Of a stretch of 27,788 nt of DNA, positions 20,907-27,788 are shown piece by piece. This DNA comes from Proteromonas lacertae. Taxonomy: Eukaryota. Each line of letters starts with the position of its first letter. Position 1 is the stretch's first letter. The notes under the pieces were generated by a model. The model worked only from the letters and a program-made list of their open reading frames with translations, had not been told where the DNA came from and made no database searches. The stretch spans positions 124,001-151,788 of the forward strand of contig NGBS01000595.1 in NCBI GenBank assembly GCA_002245135.1, read 5' to 3'. The position numbers and the translations under genes were made by a program.

Positions 20907-21573
20907 ATGAAATTCACAATCTTATTTTTTATATTTATTTTTTATTTCTATTACTTTTCTTCAAGTTGGAGAGGCTATATGGTATACAGAAAATCAATGA
21001 AGAATATATTCACTTCTATATACAAAACTAGATTCTGGGGAAATGGTTCTGGCCCTGGATCATATAGAGAGTGCACAAAATCTTATTTGTTATTCTTATA
21101 CAATTTTATAAAGTTATACAAAATAAGGACTATAGTTGATTTAGGTTGTGGTGATTGGCAAATGCTTAAATATTTCAACTTTTCATCAGAATTACATTAT
21201 TATGGATATGATGTTGTAAAGGATGTTGTTGATAAAAATAATAAGACATACAAAAAAGAAAATATTAATTTCTATTATTTAAACAGTCTATCAGATTATA
21301 TAAAAGATGCAGACCTGATTATTACAAAAGATGTATTACAACATTGGGGAAAATGTATATATAAATATGTTTCTAAACGAGATTATTTTAAAGTATAAAT
21401 ATGCAATTGTCGTTAATGATTATATTCATAACTGTGAAAACAGAAACATAAAGATTGGTCAATGCAGACCATTAAATCTTGAAATTAAACCTTTCTATTA
21501 TCATAGGTTTAAATCACATTATGATATGAAATTTTGTACTAGGCTAAAAAGAATATATATAAAAATTGAATGA
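20907..21573 (+). pseudogene. Class I SAM-dependent methyltransferase with N-terminal anchor; +1 frameshift at the GGGG run (~21347)
   Basis: FTSIY..FWGNGSGPGS, IVDLGCGDWQ, YYGYDVV, KDVLQHW, continuing in the second ORF (RPLNLEIKPF). Confidence 0.8.
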
Positions 21574-21585
21574 TGTAAATTTATT

Positions 21586-22527
21586 TTAGTTAGGATCATG
21601 CCAATAAAAACTATAGTTATCCGATTTAAATGGTACTACTTCATTAGCTTTAGCAAATAATGACATTGTAGCAAATCGTAATGGTGCATCACCCCAACTT
21701 CTGTAGTATATATTGTGGCTTAAATCTACTATATTAATAAATTGTTGTATTTCTTTTGAAAGGAAGAAATTTATATTTACAATTTCAAAATTATTATAGA
21801 ATGTTTTTGTTATTTTTTTTGTAAACATTGTATTCCAATTTTGTTTATTCTTTGGTTTTAAAGAAAAATAATTAACATAATCATCAAGAAATTCTTTCAT
21901 ACCTATTGTTAAATGATTACAATCATGATTTCTTGATGGATAATAATTATTATACATATAAACTATAGTATTGTTAATTGTGTGAAATGGATTGAATGAA
22001 GAATTAAATATAGAATCACTATCCAGTCTCATATACCATCTTACATTGCACATAGATTTGAGAGTGAATATATTCTTAAAATAGAATCTAATCATATGCT
22101 GATAACCCCATTCTGATCTTTTCTTTTTCACTTTATTTCTACAAGAGAAATTGAATTCAAATGGATAACTATTCCATAAGTAGGCAACGTTTATTAATTC
22201 ATAAGTAATATTTCTAAAACTATCCTTTCTTGTATTTTCTGTATTAAAGAATATCAATCTATCATAATACTTTTCTTTAAGAAATAGTAATTATTAATTA
22301 TAAATTGATGAACTTCTTTTTCATACAATAATACAACTATAGCATTTTTATATCTTTTACAATACTTTACATTATTGTAGTCGCTATTATTGGAATATCT
22401 TTTATACCTGGAATAGCTTTTATAAATGATATTGATGATAATCTGAATTATTCACTTTCATACACAATAACACACAAAAATAAAATGACACTATAAACAG
22501 TAATGAATATATCAATTTCATAGTCAT
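21586..22527 (-). pseudogene. GT15 (KRE2/MNT1-like) alpha-1,2-mannosyltransferase-like; N-terminal part disrupted
   Basis: GYQHMIRFY, WYMRLDSDS, FYNNFEI, YYRSWGDAPLR. An ATG plus TM anchor at 22527 is separated from the catalytic ORF by stops and frameshifts. Confidence 0.82.
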
Positions 22528-22547
22528 TTGGAATTGTTTATATTGAA

Positions 22548-23553
22548 ATGAAAATGTCTATTAAATCAGCTTATTACATAGCATTATTATTGCTTTTTTT
22601 CATTAAGTTATTACATATTAATAGTAACAATATTTTCAAAATTATAGACAGAAAATTAATCATGATTTACAAATTTACTTATTATGCAGAAAATATAATT
22701 TTAGTTTTTCTTGTGGAAGAAGCAAAATAAAATATAAACCTTACAAAAATAAAATAGAGTCTCATATTTCTTATTTTCCAAGCTCAATTGTTAATTTATG
22801 CAAAAATAACATTATAGTAAACTGTTCATCCTCGATTATGCTAATAGGAATATTAAGTAGACCTGAGAGTATATATGAAAGAATGATTACTAGGAGAATA
22901 ATTAGAGTATATAATAATATTAAATATGTATTTATTACAAGTAAAACTTCTAATGAGGATATAAATAAAATAATAAATAGAGAAAGAAAAGTATATAGTG
23001 ATATTATTCCCTTTAATATATATAATTCTTATTATAATTGCTCAATAATTATGTCATGTTTTTATCAATATATTTTTAGTTATTGTAGTAAAATAGATTG
23101 GGTATTGAAGCTTGATATAGATACCTATTTCAATATAAGGAGCATACTCGTTATATTAAAAGAAGTAAATAAAAATATATCTGTTATAGCATCAATGAAC
23201 CATTATCCTACTTTAAAATGTGATAAAAAATATAAATGGTCAGTAAATTGCTATAATAGAAGTAAAGTTTCTATTAAACACCTCCATATCCCTTTGGCCC
23301 GGGATTTCTTTTTAGATATTCTTCGGTTAAATGTTTTAATTCTTATTTTAACTATAATAATACAATTATATGGATTGAAGATGTATTTTTTGGTTATTTA
23401 ATGAAATTTTGTAATTTAAAATATATAGATATCAGAATATAACTGAAATTACTTATTCACAAAAGAATATATCTCAATATTGAAAATAATATTTTTGTTC
23501 ATGGACTATATCCCATTGAATTGTTATATGCTAGTCAATTATATAATAATTGA
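22548..23553 (+). pseudogene. GT31 galactosyltransferase-like, several frameshifts
   Basis: LIGILS...ERMITR, WVLKLDIDTYFN. The shifted frame gives PPYPFGPGF...WIEDVFFG and HGLYPIEL. Confidence 0.8.
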
Positions 23554-23607
23554 GTTATTTAAATTGACATTTCTATCATTATATTCTTTAATAAATTATA
23601 CTCTGTT

Positions 23608-24703
23608 TTGTATATTTTTTGTATTTCATATTTTTTATTTGTAACTTATAGTTTTTATAATGAAGTTGTGTTTAAAGAAGATAATTATATGATATTATCT
23701 CCATCAATTAATATTTATAATCGTTCAAATGGAATTACTAATACAAAATGTATTAAGAAATATAATTATTTATCTTACCATAATAATAGAAATACACAAT
23801 AATCCAGTTTCATTGTTGCCTATTTTGCTATGGTATCCACATCATATAATGATAAAAGCATTTTATCATGCTATTGAGTTAATTAGAAATATGTGTAATA
23901 GAAATAATCACAGGTTGTTTTTTGCCATACTTACAGTTGATTTAGACATTTCTTCTTTGTTTAATAAATATACATATATTTCTACTCAAAATTGTAGTGG
24001 TTATAAATTATGCAAATATTTTCTAAATTTAGATTTTTCTTATCAATTATATGATATAGGCGAAGCATATAAATGCTCAATAATATATGGAGGAATTAAA
24101 CAAGATATATTTCCTTTGAGTTTTGTAAAGCGATCAATTCTTACTCCTTATAATGAATGTATATTTTCAGGAAGATATGCTTCTGCAGTTAATTTATATC
24201 CTGCTTTGCCATATTTGCTAAAATTATTTGATTATTTTGATTATGCTATTAAATATGATATTGATAATAAAGCTAGTAATTTATCATATAATATAGATAT
24301 GTCCTATATAATAAGAAATAGATTTGAGTTAGTAGGTTGTAACTTAGTTGATGATAATAAAATATTAAGTACAAACATTTTTAAAATGATATTTAAGTTT
24401 TTAGCAAACCAATCTATGAAATGTAAAGAAGCTATTTTTGGTAAAGGATTTAGTGAAAATGTTATTCAAAATGAAAATATTGTTCTACATGGTAGATTAA
24501 CAGTGTCATGGCTAGGGTTATATAATTCTCCAGAAGTATTTGATTTTTTAATGTATTATATATCTTACAAAGATGGAATATATAAATATAGATGGGGAGA
24601 TCAACAGTTTTATTTAAATGCATTGTTATTATTTTCAGAGAAAAGTAGACTAGGATTTAGCAGTTCGAGAATGTGCAAAATGCATGATATTAAAATGTTT
24701 TAA
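23608..24703 (+). pseudogene. GT15-like glycosyltransferase; frameshift between anchor and catalytic region
   Basis: FDYAIKYDID, GLYNSPEV, GIYKYRWGDQQFY (RWGD motif). Confidence 0.65.
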
Positions 24704-24745
24704 TTTGAAATATGCACATTTGTAGGACAAACAAAGAATACATTA

Positions 24746-25820
24746 TTATTTATAATAATTTCTATGTAGCAAATTATATCCTATAAACTGAATATTTCTA
24801 TAACTACACTTGCTAAAATATGAACCAAATAATGAAAATGTGCTGGCTCTAGTAAGTAATAATGATTCAGCATTTTTCATCATCATTATATCTTCTAATG
24901 ATATATTTATGCAGTTATGATTTCTACTATGACATGGTAATGAATAATCAGTATGGATACTGTTTGATAATTGTGTTTTTAATAATGTTTTTGATAGAAT
25001 TAGAATCTGAAATTACTATTATCTATTAGTTTTTCTTACTTTTTAAGATTTGTATGGCTGATTCTATTACACTCATATTCAGATAATCTTTTAATGGTCT
25101 ATTATCAGCATCACCCGTCCTTAAGTGTACAGCTAAATAGCTTTCATCGATTGATAAATTAAATCTTCTATAGAATCTATGTCTTATAAAATTACTATAT
25201 GTTGGTAAAGGTTTTAAATATAAATCACAAATCTTTTTATTAATTTCTCTATATTAACAGCAATACTATTATCTATATTTTGTAATATTCCTTTATCTAC
25301 TATTATTTTGTCATATACTTTGTATCTTAATATTTGTTCTGTAGAATACCAATGTTTATTTGCCCCAATTATTCTATTTTTAGATTTTAATGCTATAACC
25401 CCATCTGAAAAATATGCTACATTATAAAAATGAATAGAATAAAATTTAAGCGGTATATCAAAATAATTCCATAAGAGTTCCAAGATACTATTATTTATAA
25501 ATAAAAATGATACTAAACAAAGATCTTTCGGATAATAATGATACAAATATTGAGCTAATAATCTGAAGCATAGAATTACCTAAACCCTAATACTATAATA
25601 GATTATTTACTTGCAAATGAACCTTATCATAAAATGCATAACCTTTTTGAGTTTTATAGAATCTTTCTGTGATATATGACTGATGCTTTATATGTTTCGT
25701 TAATATAGTATTAGGAAAACTATTACTCGATCTATTTTTATGAATTATAAACATTACAATAAATAACATTACTGATATACAATAAATTGTTTTTCTACAA
25801 ACTAATGGGTAAAACATCAT
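24746..25820 (-). pseudogene. GDP-fucose-dependent fucosyltransferase-like (GT11/GT23/O-FucT clan), disrupted
   Basis: TM anchor, GLGNSM (~25575), YLAVHLRTGDAD (~25120), LEDIMMMKNAESLLLTRASTFS (~24850). Stops and frameshifts present. Confidence 0.78.
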
Positions 25821-27394
25821 GAAATATAGAAACGATATACAAGTTTTGAGAGGATTTTCTATTATAATTATTGTTTTATATCATTCTAATATTTTAAAAT
25901 ACGGATATATTGCAGTATCAATATTTATCATTATCTCAGGATATTTGGTAAAATCCAACATCTCATGTGCTAAATATTTATAAGGTATATGAGAATAATA
26001 TTTCCATGTGTAACTTGTGTAAATATTATTGTATTGTTCTATTTTAATTATATTTTTAAAGATCAATTATATGATATATATTATGAACTATTCTCAACTT
26101 TACTGATATATACAAATTATCACTTTATATATAATAGCACAGATTATTTTAATCCTCCTGATATGTCATTATTTTTACATCATTGGTATATTTGCGTTGA
26201 TGTACAATTATATTATACTTATTTACTGTTAAAATTTTTACATATAAATTATTACTTCCTTATTGTAACTATATCCTTTTTAACATATTTTTTAACATAT
26301 AACATATTAATTGTGTATAATTATTTTTCGTTTATTCCTAGACTATGGATATATTTATATCCCAAAACTTATATCATTGACGTAAAGAGCAAAAGTCTAA
26401 AATATTTATCATTAATAATTATGTTTAGTATAGTATCATATTCAAAGATTATCTTAATGAAAGAATTTACCTTTTTATTATTGTAAATTCAGCTTATGTA
26501 TATATATGTTTTATTTAATATTAGATTTGTTATATTTGAAATAGTAGGAATGCTATCTTATTATGTTTACCTTGTTCATTATCCAATTATTAGAACAGAG
26601 ACTTTAAACATGTATTCAACTATGTTAATAACAATTTTCTCTTTTGTTTTATACATTATATTCAGTCAAAACCCTACAAAAAGAATAATAAGATACAAAT
26701 TTATATATATATTATTCTTTATTATTAATATTTCTTTATTCGTATATATCATGGGAAGTAAAATAAATGATACAGATAATAATTATAATTTAAATATTGA
26801 CGCATATTCAATTAGAAGAATTGATAGAAGCAATTATTGCTGCTATAATGGATTAATTAAAGATTTACAAAAGAAAGTGTTAATTGTTGGAGATTCACAT
26901 GTATTTAATCTATTAAGTATTTTTTATAACATATTAACAATTAACAGATATAAAATATATTTTAAATACATTCATACAGAGTTTATCATTAATAATAACA
27001 CCTTCTTATATGACATAACAGACAAATTTCAAATAATCATAAATATGAATCTATTTTATGATAATATACATGAAAAATATAGATTATTATATCCGAAAGT
27101 AATTATAAATTACCTAAAATATTTAAAATCAATAGCTGATTATGTTATATATTTATACCTACACCAGTTTTGATACATAAGTTGTCTTGTAAATATCAAA
27201 AAACCTATAAAAATGTCTTAATAGGAAAAAAAATAATTACTTATTCTAATAATGTACCTTATATATCAGGAATAAAAGTGTTTGATATATCACAAATCTT
27301 TTGTAACCAAGTATTTTGCAATTTAAATTTTAAAGGATGTTGTATATATGCAGATGAACATCATTTTACATTTGAATTTTACAAAGAATATTAA
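25819..27394 (+). pseudogene. OafA/OatA-like acyltransferase-3 + SGNH O-acetyltransferase, disrupted
   Basis: MKYRNDIQVLRG...VLYH...GYIAVSIFIIISGYL; LHHWYICVDVQLY; GMLSYYVYLVHYP; VLIVGDSH (catalytic Ser); YADEHHF (DxxH). Confidence 0.85.
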
Positions 27395-27788
27395 ATTCTA
27401 CAATTAGTATAATACTACCTTACATAAATAACATTAGTAACAATATAAATAGAAGTTTTAAATGTGATTATGTTCTGTATAAAAAAAATATTACAGCATG
27501 GAAATATCCTTATAAAGGATGTAAATGTATTATATTTTAAATATGTTATTGATTATGTATTTATAATAATGGATATTTAGAATTTAAAAAGTATAAAACA
27601 ATAATATATTTTGATATATACCAGTTGTATATACAAAACAATATCACTTTCTCACTTAAGAAAATAGAAAAATTAATCCAAATAATATTTAACTCATCTT
27701 CCATAAAAATACATTAGATTCTTGATGGAAATAATTTCTCAAATTTCTTATAAGTAGTTGATAAATAATGTTGAAGATTGTCAAGAGA

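Noticed and set aside
16496..27394. Bacterial capsule/LPS operon or contaminant contig
   Set aside because: Mixed strands, type II anchors, eukaryote-type GT31/GT15/GT92 families, no evident Shine-Dalgarno sites, and contiguity with Hydin-bearing elements and a spliced exon.
27400..27788. Possible further cluster gene at the right edge
   Set aside because: No sustained ORF or recognisable motif within the window.

Overview
Very AT-rich eukaryotic DNA from a flagellated or ciliated protist. It contains Hydin fragments, type II membrane glycosyltransferases and one apparent 3' splice site. Three layers are visible. (1) 1..~8.4 kb: the decaying right-hand part of an endogenous Polinton-like virus (PLV), with a co-oriented penton, double-jelly-roll major capsid and A32/FtsK packaging ATPase module plus hypothetical genes. 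Most of these carry in-frame stops or frameshifts. (2) Two oppositely oriented copies (4056-6274 and ~12568-14696) of a ~2.2 kb non-autonomous terminal-inverted-repeat (TIR) transposon. It has TGTTG..CAACA ends, a 5-bp target-site duplication (TSD), an internal 21-bp palindrome built from the TIR motif GCCGTTTGTC, and captured, differently deleted Hydin gene fragments. One copy sits inside a gene next to the PLV capsid module. (3) A dense, apparently intronless, partly disrupted glycan synthesis and modification cluster at ~8.4-11.9 kb and 16.5-27.4 kb. It holds GT31 x2, GT92, GT15-like x2, a fucosyltransferase-like gene, FkbM/SAM methyltransferases, OafA-like AT3-SGNH acetyltransferases and an intact bacterial-type UDP-glucuronate 4-epimerase. 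There is also a TtcA-like terminal exon and an unexplained GC-richer degraded insert. All family assignments come from motif recognition by eye; no searches were run.
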